From the NCBI GenBank assembly GCA_963737155.1, contig CAVTRN010000001.1, forward strand, positions 1,694,702 through 1,758,701: a stretch of DNA of 64,000 nt, in the 5' to 3' direction. Positions within the stretch are counted from its first letter, which is position 1. Each line of letters opens with the position of its first letter. The notes under the pieces were generated by a model, which made no database searches, was not told the origin of the DNA, and saw only the letters and a program-made list of their open reading frames with translations. The stretch is from Nitrospirota bacterium (GTDB lineage Bacteria > Nitrospirota > UBA9217). Below, piece after piece: positions 10,255 to 21,548 of this stretch. Both the position numbers and the translations under genes were made by a program.

Positions 10255-10854
10255 ATGGCAGAAAAGCATACAAAAACCAGTGTGATAGTCTTTACGATCG
10301 GGCATTCCACGCATTCAATCGAAGAGTTTGTAGATATCTTGAAGGCCCATGGCGTTGAACTCGTAATCGACATAAGGACCATTCCGAAATCCCGCCACAA
10401 CCCTCAATATAACAGTGACACCCTGGCTTCCGTGTTACAGGGGTACGCTATCGGCTACGAGCATTTACCAGGCCTTGGAGGGCTTCGCCACGCAAAGAAA
10501 GACTCAATCAATACAGCCTGGGAAAATGCTTCGTTTCGGGGATTCGCTGACTACATGCAGACGGAAGTTTTTGAACAAAGTTTGGATACGCTTATTGAAA
10601 TGGCAGAAAAGCAACCCTTAGCGGTCATGTGCGCGGAAGCGGTCCCTTGGCGCTGCCACCGCTCGCTCATTGCTGATGCATTGCTCGTGCGAGAAATCAC
10701 GGTAATGGACATTATGAGCAAGGCATTGGCGCAGGCGCATATGATGACGCCCTGGGCCCATGTCAGGGGAACAACGATAACCTATCCCAAGTCGGAGTCA
10801 GCTGGATCCGCTCACGCTTCTCATCCCAAGCGAAGTAAAGGGTCGCCACTGTAA
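10255..10854 (+). CDS. DUF488 family protein
   Basis: VFTIGHSTHS, IDIRTIPKS and MCAEAVPWRCHRSLIADAL. Confidence 0.9.
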   Translation: MAEKHTKTSVIVFTIGHSTHSIEEFVDILKAHGVELVIDIRTIPKSRHNPQYNSDTLASVLQGYAIGYEHLPGLGGLRHAKKDSINTAWENASFRGFADYMQTEVFEQSLDTLIEMAEKQPLAVMCAEAVPWRCHRSLIADALLVREITVMDIMSKALAQAHMMTPWAHVRGTTITYPKSESAGSAHASHPKRSKGSPL

Positions 10855-11344
10855 TTTCCGAATGAATCCGGCACAGGCAGAAACCGTTGTTTGAAGCAGG
10901 TGCAGATAATGGTTCTCAAAACTACCAGGAGTGCACCCGCCGTTCCTGTGTCCGGTCTGTCAACGCCCTATTAGTACCTTCTGTGAATTGATATCGTTTC
11001 ATAGAATGATATCATTAGGATAAGAGGAAGAATCGCAAAGGACTGACGAAAAAAGGATGTGGAGATCGATGAATGTATAAAAGAGGCCGCTTTGAGCAAG
11101 CAACTCGGAAAATGGTGGAGGGAATCATCAATGAATCTCGGACATGCAGGGTGACTTTACTGCTAGGATCAAGAAGAGAACGCTTTAACAGTGCCGTAGC
11201 AGTGAAGGGATATATCGAGACCAAGAATGAAATGCTTTGGAACAAAAAAAGCCGCCTTGGCGACGAAATGCCGTAGCAATCGTATCCGGAATCGATAACC
11301 CCCAGCTTAAGGCAGGAGCGTCTGTCATTCAGAAAAGGGGAATT

Positions 11345-12187
11345 ATGACATCCTATAACACCGTTAAAATCGACGATGTAGAATTTTTTATCGTGAAGCA
11401 GGGCCTTCTAACGCCTGCTAATTGTTTTTTTGTGTGGCATTCCTTCTTCGTCGTACATGTTCAGAAATCTGATGACAAAGCTTGAGAATACTTTCATCTC
11501 ATTGCGCTCGATTATCCCGGCTTCGGAAACAGCTCTTGCCCGCCCGTGGAGGCATTCACATATATATGATCACTTATCGGAAGATATCGAGAAATTCCTA
11601 CAGACGCCGGGTCTCGGAAAATTCTCCCTTTATTTGTAGGATTACGGCGGGCCGGTAGGTTTCAGGATTGCGGAGAAGCATCCAGAGTGGATCGAATCGC
11701 TCACCATTCAAAACACCAATGTCTACGAAGATGGGTTGACACCTCTCATTAAACGCAGGAGACCACGATGGGAGAAGAGGACAAGAGCTAACGAACGGCC
11801 TGTGCTTAAGACCTTTAGGTAGGAAAGTAGCAAGTGGATATACATCAACGGAGTGCGTGACATGAGCAGGATAAGCCCTGGTGCCTGGAATATGGACCAG
11901 TATTTTTCAGAAAGGCCCGGCAACAAACTTATCCAGCTCGAGCTGCGGTCGGACTTCGGCTCCAACGTGAAACGTTATCCTGAGTGGCATAACTATTTCA
12001 GAAAGTACCAGCCGCCAACGCTTGTCGTGTGGGGGAAAAATGAAGAAATCTTCGGACCCAGGGCGCCAAATCGTACAAGCGTGATCTCAGGAACATCGAA
12101 GTGCATATGCTCGATACGGGGCATTTCGCCCATGAAGAGGACTGCGGCGTGATTGCAAGCTACATGAGGAAATTCTTCAAGGCTTAA
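11345..12187 (+). pseudogene. Alpha/beta hydrolase pseudogene with several frameshifts and stops
   Basis: Fragments MTSYNTVKIDDVEFF, GIPSSSYMFRNL, DYPGFGNS, *DYGGPVGFRIA, YQPPTLVVWGKN and LDTGHF in different frames. Confidence 0.85.
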
Positions 12188-12230
12188 AAACCGAAAAAAC
12201 GCGGCAAAAAGCAAAAAGGTGCGTTTTACC

Positions 12231-12430
12231 ATAAACGAACGATTAGAATACGGCCGGGTGTCACCCGGCGTGTCCAGAGCGATGCAATTCCTGGACAACT
12301 ACGTGAAGAGCAGCAGCCTTGAAGCGTCATTGATTGGACTTGTATAGGTCCGGGCATCCCAGATTAACGGTTGCACCTATTGCATCGCCATGCATATGAA
12401 GAACGCCAAGGCTGCCGACCAAAGCGAGCA
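12231..12430 (+). pseudogene. AhpD/carboxymuconolactone decarboxylase family remnant
   Basis: (I)NERLEYGRVSPG...LV*VRASQINGCTYCIAMH; start codon lost; truncated. Confidence 0.75.
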
Positions 12431-12444
12431 TAAACACGTGATCA

Positions 12445-12575
12445 CCAATGCAGGAATTGACCCAACGGGTGTATCTATCCTGCAACTATGAGGGGACGAG
12501 CAAGGTCTCGAAGAGAGGGAACAAGCATCTTCGGCGCGGACTCTGTCTCATGACGGTGAGTGTGATACTCAATGC
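12445..12575 (+). pseudogene. IS110 transposase C-terminal fragment
   Basis: AGIDP / SCNYEGTSKVSKRGNKHLRR. Confidence 0.65.
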
Positions 12576-12646
12576 GGAGCCGGGATTGCACCCGGCTCCG
12601 CTTCTCATTCGGAATAAACGGATAGTAAGAATGGCTATCTGCAGCG

Positions 12647-13117
12647 TTATTTGATCTGACCGCGGATCTCGCCGTCGGGATACTTGTCGGTATGGACATT
12701 GACGTACGCATCGCCGTCTTTGATCATCGCTACGAGGTCGGCGACTGTTTTTCCGGCCAAGGGACCGATCAGGTCCTTGTCCGTGATGGTTCCTTTGGCA
12801 AGCACGCCGGAGAACTTACCTTCCTTTTTCGGACCAGCAAAAAGGCCTGCCACCGGCCCTCCGCTTTCACCCATCTTGCCTGTATGAATATGCGCTGCCG
12901 TGACATTTTCGATGCCCTTCAACTTAAGGATGTAAATGAGTTCCGTGCCGTCTTTGCTCAATTTGAATTCCGCATCACCCTTCGCTTTCGTCATCACGGC
13001 TGGCACAACCTCTTTACCCCTCAGTTTTGCCTTAAAGGTGCTCGATGCCGCCATCGCAAGCGAGACTGTCAAGACAATCGTTAAAACAGCGAACAGTATC
13101 AACTTCAGTGTCTTCAT
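12647..13117 (-). CDS. Secreted CHRD-domain protein
   Basis: Signal peptide; AAHIH...GGPV; AYVNVHT..YPDGEIRGQI. Confidence 0.93.
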   Translation of the reverse strand: MKTLKLILFAVLTIVLTVSLAMAASSTFKAKLRGKEVVPAVMTKAKGDAEFKLSKDGTELIYILKLKGIENVTAAHIHTGKMGESGGPVAGLFAGPKKEGKFSGVLAKGTITDKDLIGPLAGKTVADLVAMIKDGDAYVNVHTDKYPDGEIRGQIK

Positions 13118-13366
13118 GATGCATTTCTCCTTTGTAGTTAATTTTTTGTTTCCATGAACCTATTGCAAGTATATATTCGCCAGGGGACACAGTCAAGATG
13201 TGGCATGCCGTCAGATTAGATTAAAATAGCAAATGTTACAAACGGAATTCTTTGCTCTTGTCATAATATTGATAATTATATGAAGGCACCTCAGCGTACC
13301 AGAGCGCGTTAGTACTCGGATACGCCTTAAGGGAAGAATTACCATTTATAACCTTGGAGGTGCTAT

Positions 13367-13480
13367 ATGAAATTATACATGGACTAGACCTGCATGCAAG
13401 TAACACATATCTTGGCATTGAGGATGAGAACGGCAAATGTATATTTTTAAGAGGAAGCTACCGAACGATCGTGAGCTTCC
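13367..13480 (+). pseudogene. IS110 transposase N-terminal fragment
   Basis: GGAGG RBS; MKLY/GLDLHASNTYLGIEDENGK/RKLPND with frameshifts. Confidence 0.65.
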
Positions 13481-14072
13481 AGAAGTGCGTGTCGTATTTT
13501 TAGGGGCAGAATAACACTGAGAAGAGTGACAATATTTCTGGCGATTGTACAAACTATTAAAAGTGCACCGCCGATTGCACCAATAGCAATCCACCACTTG
13601 AATCAGTACCTTTATCTATCTGGTCGACATTTACATTTTTTAAAAACTATTTCCTCCGATCCGTAGCTGTTGATTGCCATGACATCGTGGACAATAAAAA
13701 CTTTCACAGCATCGTGGAATAAAACTTGTCTCCTGCGTCAGTATGTAATGATTAAAGTCGACTCCGACTAATGCTATTGCAATTATAATCACATTTCTGG
13801 ATTTATAGAGACCTCACTTAAAAAATCAGAGTCCTCGATGTCCTGACATTTGACACGTAGCCTTTAGAGCTCTGGCAGTTAGGATAAGAATTATATCCTC
13901 AATCTACTTTGTCGCCTTCCGTTTAATAACTTCACAAGAGGCGTTTAATTTTAATAATATTACAAAATGTACTCATGCTGTTGCGAGCAGATGTAATTTT
14001 GAATAGTTCCGGAAGGCATTGCTGAACACATAATCAGCCCCGATACCCTGATAATCTTAATAAAGATTATCT

Positions 14073-15662
14073 TTACTTGATGCCTGACAGGTACCGTCTT
14101 ATTAGATGAATGGCTTCCGCTGCTTCCGGGATTCCTGCTGCAGTAACACCGCCAATGTAGAGCAGGCCGTAGAGTCCCAGTATGACTATCCCGCGAGTGA
14201 CAACATGAAGTCCGGGTACGAACAACTTTACTCCTAAGACGATAGCAGCGGATGCGAGAGCTATGCCCCAAAGCGTCATTATCATCCGGCCCCCGAGATT
14301 AAATCGACCGATGTTTGCAACGAGAGCGTATCTGAACAGCAGAAATTCTATCCAGCCCGCGACACCTGCTGATGCGGTGAGAGCAGCAGAGCAGTATATG
14401 GCGTCTAACGCAAAAAGGGAGCGTATAGGAAACACGACCAAGAAGCCTAGGAGGGCCGTTAAAGCCACACGGAAACATGCAATGCCCAGAGGTGTCCTGG
14501 TATTGCCGAGAGCCCAAAAGGCCGATATGAAGATGCGTGATTGTGTTGTGGCTACGAGCCCTACTGAACTCCCTGCCAAGATGAACCAGACGAAACGCGA
14601 ATCCGAACCTCTGAAGTGCCCTGTTTGGAAGAGCATCGCTGTGACAACGTCGCCCAAGACGACAAACGCCACAGCTGATGGAACGACAAAAAATGCAATT
14701 CTTCTGATTCCAGCGGTTAGCCGGATTTCCAATGCCTGGACGATTTCCTCTTTTGTCCCGGTGGTTCTTGACATCTCCGTCAGTGCGGCCGATGATATCG
14801 CCATCCCGAACAGTGACACCGGCAGAGTATAAATCGTTTGCGCGTATGCCATCGCTGCGACAGATGCGGGCCCGAGATAGCTTGCTAGGACTTGATCTAT
14901 ATAGGCCGACAGCTGCACAACGCCGCGAGTTACTACAGCCGGCATGAATCTGGTTATAATTTTTTGCACAGGCGCTAGTCGGGTTTTGAATGAAAATGTA
15001 AATACCCCGTTAAGCTTTAAAGCTTGTGGGAATTGTACTCCCCATTGAAGCGCGGCTCCTATGACTGTGGACCACGCTACCCAGATAACGAGTTGCGTTT
15101 GTGCCCCATCACGATTTACTAAATAATAACCGCCGATCCCCACGAGAATTGCGATGATAGCTAAATTCCAGAGTACCGGTGCGACGTAGGAGAGAAAAAA
15201 TTTCCGGTGACTATTGAGGACGCCGAGACACCATGCTGACAGTACGAGGAGTCCCGTTCCGGGAAACATAATAGCAACCATCCTGATGGTCAGTTCTCGC
15301 ACTTCGCCGTGAAATCCGGGCGCAAGGATCTCAATAAGGGGTCGACTAAATGTTACTCCTATGACCACTAGTATCGCAGTTACCGACACAAGTAGCGTAA
15401 GCACAATGGAAGCGGCCCGGCTAGCCTCTTCCTTTTTCCCTTCCGCCAGCAGTTTTGCGTAAACGGGGATGAACGAGGCAGAGAGTACTCCTTCTCCAAA
15501 AAGATTCTGCAAAAGATTGGGAATGCGCAGGGCAGCACGAAATGCGCCCGCGGCCTCGGAGTTGCCCAGGTAATAAGCGAATACGCGCTCTCGCACGAGC
15601 CCCATGATGCGCGAGAGTAGAATGCCAATGGCGATGGCTACTGCTGCCGGACTTTTTTTCAC
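14073..15662 (-). CDS. murJ: Lipid II flippase MurJ (MviN)
   Basis: LSRIMGLVRE, AFRAALRIPNLLQNLFGEGVLSASFIPVY; about 13-14 TM segments. Confidence 0.93.
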   Translation of the reverse strand: MKKSPAAVAIAIGILLSRIMGLVRERVFAYYLGNSEAAGAFRAALRIPNLLQNLFGEGVLSASFIPVYAKLLAEGKKEEASRAASIVLTLLVSVTAILVVIGVTFSRPLIEILAPGFHGEVRELTIRMVAIMFPGTGLLVLSAWCLGVLNSHRKFFLSYVAPVLWNLAIIAILVGIGGYYLVNRDGAQTQLVIWVAWSTVIGAALQWGVQFPQALKLNGVFTFSFKTRLAPVQKIITRFMPAVVTRGVVQLSAYIDQVLASYLGPASVAAMAYAQTIYTLPVSLFGMAISSAALTEMSRTTGTKEEIVQALEIRLTAGIRRIAFFVVPSAVAFVVLGDVVTAMLFQTGHFRGSDSRFVWFILAGSSVGLVATTQSRIFISAFWALGNTRTPLGIACFRVALTALLGFLVVFPIRSLFALDAIYCSAALTASAGVAGWIEFLLFRYALVANIGRFNLGGRMIMTLWGIALASAAIVLGVKLFVPGLHVVTRGIVILGLYGLLYIGGVTAAGIPEAAEAIHLIRRYLSGIK

Positions 15663-16034
15663 GGTTTATTGTCTATATGGAACAGTTTAAAGCGGCTAGG
15701 CTTCACGGAAAGGAAATCCTTAATATTTTCGGTCTTCTCGGGATTAATCGCTTCTTGTGTGGTCAAAATATACATTCAGCCTCACGGTATAACTTTTTCC
15801 ATTCTAGCACGAATATAAGCCTGATTCTGCGCGATGTCAATAACGCTGAGTGGGTGCTGAGTGGGTTTTTGGGGGAGAGGTTAACAGTTTCCGAATGAAA
15901 GGCGCAATGATTCAGAAAGCGCAACTTTAACTTTTACAGCTTACTATGAGAAGGTAGACAAGTCAACATGGCAATTTTTTATCTCTTAAATTATTTTAGC
16001 GAAATAAATCTTTTAACGGAAAGGAGAAATTGCC

Positions 16035-16350
16035 ATGCTTAATAATGATTATAATAAGCAGTATGCAAGACGTCAAAGGATAAAGAAGACGACGTTGGTT
16101 ATGGGGATAGACATAGGTTCTGATTTTAATGCGGTTGGCTTCATGAACAAGGACGGAAGCGGCTTAATAAGGTGTATAACTCATGGGAAGGGTTCGATAA
16201 GTTCGTATGAATAGCTGAAGGATGTTCTTATCAGACTGGAGCCAACGGGACACTATTGGAGAAAGATGACTTGTTGTGCGAAGGAACAGGGTGTTCGATT
16301 CATGCAGACGACTTCATTAAAGCGAGAACGCGAGCTGAACGCGCGAAGCA
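16035..16350 (+). pseudogene. IS110 transposase remnant
   Basis: MLNNDY...TLVMGIDIGSDFNAVGF, then LEPTGHYW; stops and deletions. Confidence 0.75.
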
Positions 16351-16494
16351 GCTGCAAAACATTTGAATCCTTATAGTTTCTATGATAGGGTATATTGCCT
16401 TGGCTGAATCAATTTAAAGAAAGGTAAAATTGCCGCATGCATGGCTATTTCCCCTCATACTTTTAGGCACTGTAGTAAAATTATATAAAATATT

Positions 16495-17853
16495 CCGTCA
16501 TTCGTGTTTAAGTTGAAAGCCTTGGGTTAAGCAGTCCGCAATGCTGGTGGATCTTGAGTAAAAAGTACTTTACGTCTTTATAGCCGTATGCCATGCGCTT
16601 TAAACGCTTTATTTTGTTGTTGATGCCCTCGGAGATCGCTGTTGTTATTTTGCAGAGAAAGTAGTTCAGTACAAAATGCCTTTTCCTAAAGAACTTGAAC
16701 CCAAGTTCGATGAACGGCGGAATCTTCGAGGTAATGGCTGAAACAATCCACTGGCGGAGATTTTTTTGAGCTGTGGTGCGGTCAGGCGATGTGTAGATCG
16801 TCAGGAACTGGTCTTTGAGCAGCATAGCCTTATAAATGGGGTCATTGAGATCAGCAAGCTTATCAAGGAGATTCTCTTTCCTCTTTGATGGTTTGTTCTG
16901 CATCAGGATAAAGCGTTTGTTGCAATGGAGGAGCGAGGCGAGATCGGTATTCTTCTCCTTCCGGGCTTTGTTCAGCTCCTCCTTACGCACTGTGTCTACA
17001 GCATCGTTTAAGTATTTCTTGACGTGGAAGTGGTCAAGAACGATCAACGCGTTTTTTGCATGTTCCTGGGTGGCCGACAGAAACCCGCGAGCACCATCAC
17101 TGGCGACGGCCTCGATGGCGGCGCAGGATTCCTCACCCAGAGCATCATAGAAGGAATCGAGTACGGATTTGCCTCGGCCATCATGATTCCAGATGACCTT
17201 GCGTTTTTCGATGTCCACCACGTTGGTGACATAGTGATGCCACTTTTGCCAGGCTACCTCGTCAACGCTCATATATGTGGGCGAGGGAACCGGCGAAAGC
17301 TTTTCCCGGGCAAGTTCTTCGAGGCGCTGCCGGTCGATCCGGTAGACCACCTCGTCATCGAGGCCGAGAAACCATCCTGCTTCCTGATTGGTGGTGATGG
17401 AAGTAAGACGGTATACCTGTTCGGCAAATCGCTTGGTGAACCGGCCCCTGAGCCAGTCAAGTTCCTCGACCCGTCTGCTGTCGTCTTCGATGCAGAGGGA
17501 CTTGCGTTTCGGGATGTGCAAGAACACTCGTTTGCCGCTTATGGGGAGGTCCTCGACGATGATCACTCCTATGCTGTGTACCGGTGTGTTGTGGACGTGA
17601 CCGCAACCAGAGCAGACGGCAGGAGTGAATGCGGACTGTTCCAACAACAAATCGAGGCGGTTGTCTGAATGATTGACCATATGACTCACGTGATAGTTTG
17701 GAATTGCAAGCAGTTCTGTGATAGTATGGAGCTGCATCGGATTTTCCTTTCTGAGAAAAGTTTGGTCGGGAAACCTAACTTTACCAGAATTGGTTAATCC
17801 GATGTCTCTTTTTTACAACACTACGGCATTTTCAACTTTTATACGAAAGAACC
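16495..17853 (-). mobile_element. Complete ISL3-family element
   Basis: IRs GGTTCTTTCGTATAAAAGTTGAAA and CCGTCATTCGTGTTTAAGTTGAAA; 8-bp TSD AAAATATT at 16487-16494 and 17854-17861. Confidence 0.88.
16508..17737 (-). CDS. ISL3-family transposase
   Basis: CSGC zinc finger; SVDE, VLDHFHV and EGINNKIKRLKRMAYGY. Confidence 0.95.
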   Translation of the reverse strand: MQLHTITELLAIPNYHVSHMVNHSDNRLDLLLEQSAFTPAVCSGCGHVHNTPVHSIGVIIVEDLPISGKRVFLHIPKRKSLCIEDDSRRVEELDWLRGRFTKRFAEQVYRLTSITTNQEAGWFLGLDDEVVYRIDRQRLEELAREKLSPVPSPTYMSVDEVAWQKWHHYVTNVVDIEKRKVIWNHDGRGKSVLDSFYDALGEESCAAIEAVASDGARGFLSATQEHAKNALIVLDHFHVKKYLNDAVDTVRKEELNKARKEKNTDLASLLHCNKRFILMQNKPSKRKENLLDKLADLNDPIYKAMLLKDQFLTIYTSPDRTTAQKNLRQWIVSAITSKIPPFIELGFKFFRKRHFVLNYFLCKITTAISEGINNKIKRLKRMAYGYKDVKYFLLKIHQHCGLLNPRLST

Positions 17854-18132
17854 AAAATATTTAATGTTATAAATGAAAATTTATTGGTAAAAACAGATAC
17901 TTAACGATCTGTTTATTAAAACATAATTAACGCGTACCTATTTTTAACGCGAATTGAATAATTTGAATCAAAGAGGGGAGTAATTCTTGCATGCATTATG
18001 CAAAAAATCCCTTTTGATCTATTTCACGATTATTTTTATTAAACCTTATATCCTAATTCTCTTATATGGATGTGTTGGCTACTGTCCAAAATGCCTTGAG
18101 ACGTATTGCATAGGGCGACCACGAAAGGAAAA

Positions 18133-18906
18133 ATGAAAAAGTTAATCCTTATCACATTGTTAATTATATTGACCTTTAACGGTTCAATCCTATATGCGGA
18201 CTGTCCCACTGTAACATCTTACACGATTTATTACGGAACGGCTTCCCGAGTTTATACCAATTCGATTTCTGGTATCACGACAACATCGTATACCATAACA
18301 AGTCTGCCGACGAATACGTATTACTTCGCTGTTACTGCAACAGACAGCAATGGGCAAAGTGGTTATAGCAATGAGGGCAGTTCGTATGTTACTGGAACTA
18401 TTACTGCCTCATGGATTGCGCCTACATTATGCAGCGACGGTTCTTCAATTGATCTAGCATCAGGGGTAACCGGAACGATAAATGTGACCGGCATAGTAGC
18501 AGGAGGAAACGGCACAATCTCTTGCACGACTCCAGCTCAATATGGCAGCACTGTGGCCTGTACAACGACACCAGATATTGACTACTATACTTCAACCATT
18601 AGGGGTTGTGGAGGGTCTTGGAGTTCGGGAAATAATTACATTACGGGAGCATTGACGATTAATTGCAATGTGACGGCCCAATTTTACCTCAGTCCTCAAT
18701 ATACCGTATCAACCGCTGTCCTTGGCGGAAATGAAAGCCTCAGCAACGGTGATGGAAATGGTACCGGCAGTGGTAGCAATGGTTCAGGCAGCGGTAGCGA
18801 TCCCGCTGCCGTGCCCGTGGGCTACAGCCCGCAATGGCTCGTAGTAACTCTCCTAAGCCTCTTAGCAGCTGGCGGGTATCTGTTGCGCAAAAAGAATAAA
18901 GCATAA
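18133..18906 (+). CDS. Secreted Thr/Ser/Gly-rich surface protein with an FN3-like domain and an IPTL-CTERM-like tail
   Basis: Signal peptide; YTIYYGT...YYFAVTA...SGYSNE; GS linker; VPVGYSPQW, TM helix, then RKKNK. Confidence 0.8.
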   Translation: MKKLILITLLIILTFNGSILYADCPTVTSYTIYYGTASRVYTNSISGITTTSYTITSLPTNTYYFAVTATDSNGQSGYSNEGSSYVTGTITASWIAPTLCSDGSSIDLASGVTGTINVTGIVAGGNGTISCTTPAQYGSTVACTTTPDIDYYTSTIRGCGGSWSSGNNYITGALTINCNVTAQFYLSPQYTVSTAVLGGNESLSNGDGNGTGSGSNGSGSGSDPAAVPVGYSPQWLVVTLLSLLAAGGYLLRKKNKA

Positions 18907-19017
18907 CCCGGAAGGTGATTGAAGTTTGATGCCGACGTTGGAAACAAATCAAAAGCAAAAGGCGTATCTGTCTAGAGATCTGAAATATCTCAAGATGCCC
19001 TTTTTTCTCTGTTTTCA

Positions 19018-19286
19018 TAACTCAAAAGGTCAATCTGAGTCCCCAAATGGTTTGCAAGCGGCGACAGCGTTATATCAAGCAGGGACTGTCCGGTCTCGAT
19101 GATGAATTACGTTCTGGTCGACCGCTATCTGTTTCAGATGAAAAATTGCCATGCTTGTACGCAAAGCGCAGACGAAACTCAAGATAGGACCCATTGGACG
19201 ATTCGATCCATAGCTGAAGAGGCTAAATTATCCCGGTTCACTGTGCATAGGATTGGTCATGCTTTCGGTATTTAACCTCATCGCAA
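19018..19286 (+). pseudogene. IS630-family transposase N-terminal relic
   Basis: LSPQMVCKRRQRYIKQGLSGLDDELRSGRP...THWTIRSIAEEAKLS..TVHRI..AFGI*PHR. Confidence 0.75.
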
Positions 19287-19410
19287 TAGCCGATTCAATT
19301 TTGGAAAAGGGTCAAACGACATTGTCAACGTATTTCCGAGACAGAATACTTACAGGTTTAACCATAAGTCTATATCGGACACATTACCCCCGAAATGTTT
19401 TAAATAGGTC

Positions 19411-20337
19411 TTATTCTAGAGAGAGCGCGACGATTCTCGTGCTGATCTCGATCGCTGCCTCGGCACCCTGGCCAGCGGAAATGATCGCCTGAGAGTGGCC
19501 GTGGCGGAGAGCGCCTAGAACGAAGAGGTCAGGGATGCTCGACTCGCCTGCGCCCCTTGTCAGAATCTTGAACCCCTCGGTGTCGCGTTCTAGGGGGAGC
19601 CCCTCGAGGTACTCATCATTAAGGGAGATCCCACCCCACCCCATGATGACCTCACAGGGGATGATGCGGCCGTCAGCTAACCGTACCCCCTCGAGGGTCT
19701 TCTCTCCAAGAAGTTCTTCCGGCCGCCCCTCAACTAGGCCGATCCCCTCATCCTCAAGGATCGATGCGTATGCCGGCGCCAGGGAGAAGCCGTGGGCGAG
19801 GAAGGTCACATCGCTGGTGAACAGTTGCTTCATGCCGGCGCTGAGGCGTATCCCGTTGATGGTGCGATCCATGACGAGCAGTTTTTTGCCGGTTGTGCGA
19901 TAGCCGTCGCAGATCATGCAGGTGAAGTAGGAAATGCCAAAGAAGCGCGTCAGGTTCTTGAGGGGAGCAAGAGTCTCCCTGGCCCCTGAGGCGGCGATGA
20001 CGAAACGGGAGCGGTAAGTCTTCCCCTCAGCTTGCACCTCGAAGTGTCCCTTCCGGGGGGCTGTGACGCGCTCCACCTTGGCATGTTCGATAGCGACGCC
20101 GAAGCTCTCCGCTTGGGCGAGACCAGCATCTAGGAGGTCCGGGCCTGAAATGGTTCGAAGACCAAGGTAGTTCTCAATGTGTTTCGCGTGGTAGGTCCGT
20201 CCCCCTGGACGGTGGAAAAGCATGACGCGGAAGTTGTAGCGACCGAGGTGAATGCAGGCCTGCAGGCCTCCCGGACCCGCCCCGATGACTATACAGTCGA
20301 GAAGTGCTTCGCTGCCTATGCCGTCAGCTCGTTCCAT
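19411..20337 (-). CDS. Thioredoxin reductase-like FAD/NAD(P) oxidoreductase
   Basis: IGAGPGG, IENYLG and CMICDG motifs. Confidence 0.88.
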   Translation of the reverse strand: MERADGIGSEALLDCIVIGAGPGGLQACIHLGRYNFRVMLFHRPGGRTYHAKHIENYLGLRTISGPDLLDAGLAQAESFGVAIEHAKVERVTAPRKGHFEVQAEGKTYRSRFVIAASGARETLAPLKNLTRFFGISYFTCMICDGYRTTGKKLLVMDRTINGIRLSAGMKQLFTSDVTFLAHGFSLAPAYASILEDEGIGLVEGRPEELLGEKTLEGVRLADGRIIPCEVIMGWGGISLNDEYLEGLPLERDTEGFKILTRGAGESSIPDLFVLGALRHGHSQAIISAGQGAEAAIEISTRIVALSLE

Positions 20338-20626
20338 ATGTTCTCCCCTCCCAAGAAAATCATAAGCGTCAGGTTGTTAATGTTTATCCTTGCTTAAGAA
20401 ACCTAAAATCTGACTGCTATAAGAATAGCGCATAGCGAGTTATTTGGCAATTGTCCGGTAGAGATAGCATTTCTCTACAGCCTCAGCGATCTCCCGATCG
20501 CGCTTTTACCTGTTACGGCGTACTTGACTAGAAGATCGAGCAAATGTGTCTTTCTGAATAAGTATGGACTTATAACTCCCCTGAAACAACACCACTAATT
20601 TGAGATGAAACGTTGAATGTAACATC

Positions 20627-20870
20627 AACCCTGATCAGGGCCGCCAGTTCACCTCTGAGGCCTTCACCGGAGTGCTCAAGGCGCACTGCATAGGCATCAG
20701 CATGGATGGACATGGGCGTGTATTGGACAATATCTTCATGGAAAGGCTCTGATGGCGCGTCAAACACGAAGACGTATGTCTGAAAGGGTATGCCACCGTG
20801 CCTGAAGTGCAACTGGAGCTGACGGAATACTTTATATTACAACGGAAAGAACACCTCAATCGTTCGATAG
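20627..20870 (+). pseudogene. IS3-family transposase (rve core) relic
   Basis: DQGRQFTSEAF...ISMDGHGRVLDNIFMERL*WRVKHE. Confidence 0.8.
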
Positions 20871-21006
20871 GGCCCTGAATGTTGCATATCGAATAGCAAA
20901 CGACGGCGGAGCAAGAATTGCGGATATTGTGGCCGGTACATGGGGAAAATCTTCTTGACCAGATGATTCAAATACAGTATATTTCAATTATAATATAATT
21001 TAATAA

Positions 21007-21468
21007 ATGAATGATATTTCAATAAAAATCAAAAAGGCACAAGAGCTGGCAGGATATTTCCAGCTTTTCAGGGAAAGACTTCGCGTAGCGGAAAAGAGCA
21101 ATCCAGCCACCTGCGAGGTTTTGAACTTACAGGAGGCGTACACCCTTCTGAGCGTGGGCACGAGAGGGGCGATGACAATGAGTGAGATCGCTAAAGTGCT
21201 TAATCTATCCCTAAGCAGCGCGACCAGCATTGTCGACAAATTGGAAAGCAAGAATTTTGTCCGCCGTGACCGTTCGAGCGAGGATCGCCGGATCGTCCGC
21301 GCGGAGCTTACAAAAGAAGGGACCAGGTTTTATGAACTCGTTAAAGAAGGCCAATTACAGTTGGCGAACGACGCCCTAAGTACGCTGAATTCTCGGGAAC
21401 AGAATCTATTACTCGAACTTTTCCGTAAAATCACGACAAAGTTCAGAGCCGACATGGGATTGCAGTAA
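21007..21468 (+). CDS. MarR-family regulator
   Basis: TMSEIA...SSATSIVDKLE..NFVRR.RSSEDRR...LT..G. Confidence 0.92.
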   Translation: MNDISIKIKKAQELAGYFQLFRERLRVAEKSNPATCEVLNLQEAYTLLSVGTRGAMTMSEIAKVLNLSLSSATSIVDKLESKNFVRRDRSSEDRRIVRAELTKEGTRFYELVKEGQLQLANDALSTLNSREQNLLLELFRKITTKFRADMGLQ

Positions 21469-21474
21469 ATTTTT

Positions 21475-21548
21475 GGATCTTTCGTCTAAAAGTTGAAACA
21501 TAGCATTTAAGCAAAAAAAGACATCGGATTAACCAATTCTGATAAAGT
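21475..21548 (+). mobile_element. Orphan ISL3 left end (IR plus leader), no transposase
   Basis: GGATCTTTCGTCTAAAAGTTGAAA...AGACATCGGATTAACCAATTCTG.TAAAGT matches the reverse complement of ~17780-17853. Confidence 0.8.

Noticed and set aside
21496-21510. 15-nt exact match AAACATAGCATTTAA to 22790-22804
   Set aside because: AT-rich, and it matches scaffold rather than guide sequence; cannot be separated from chance.
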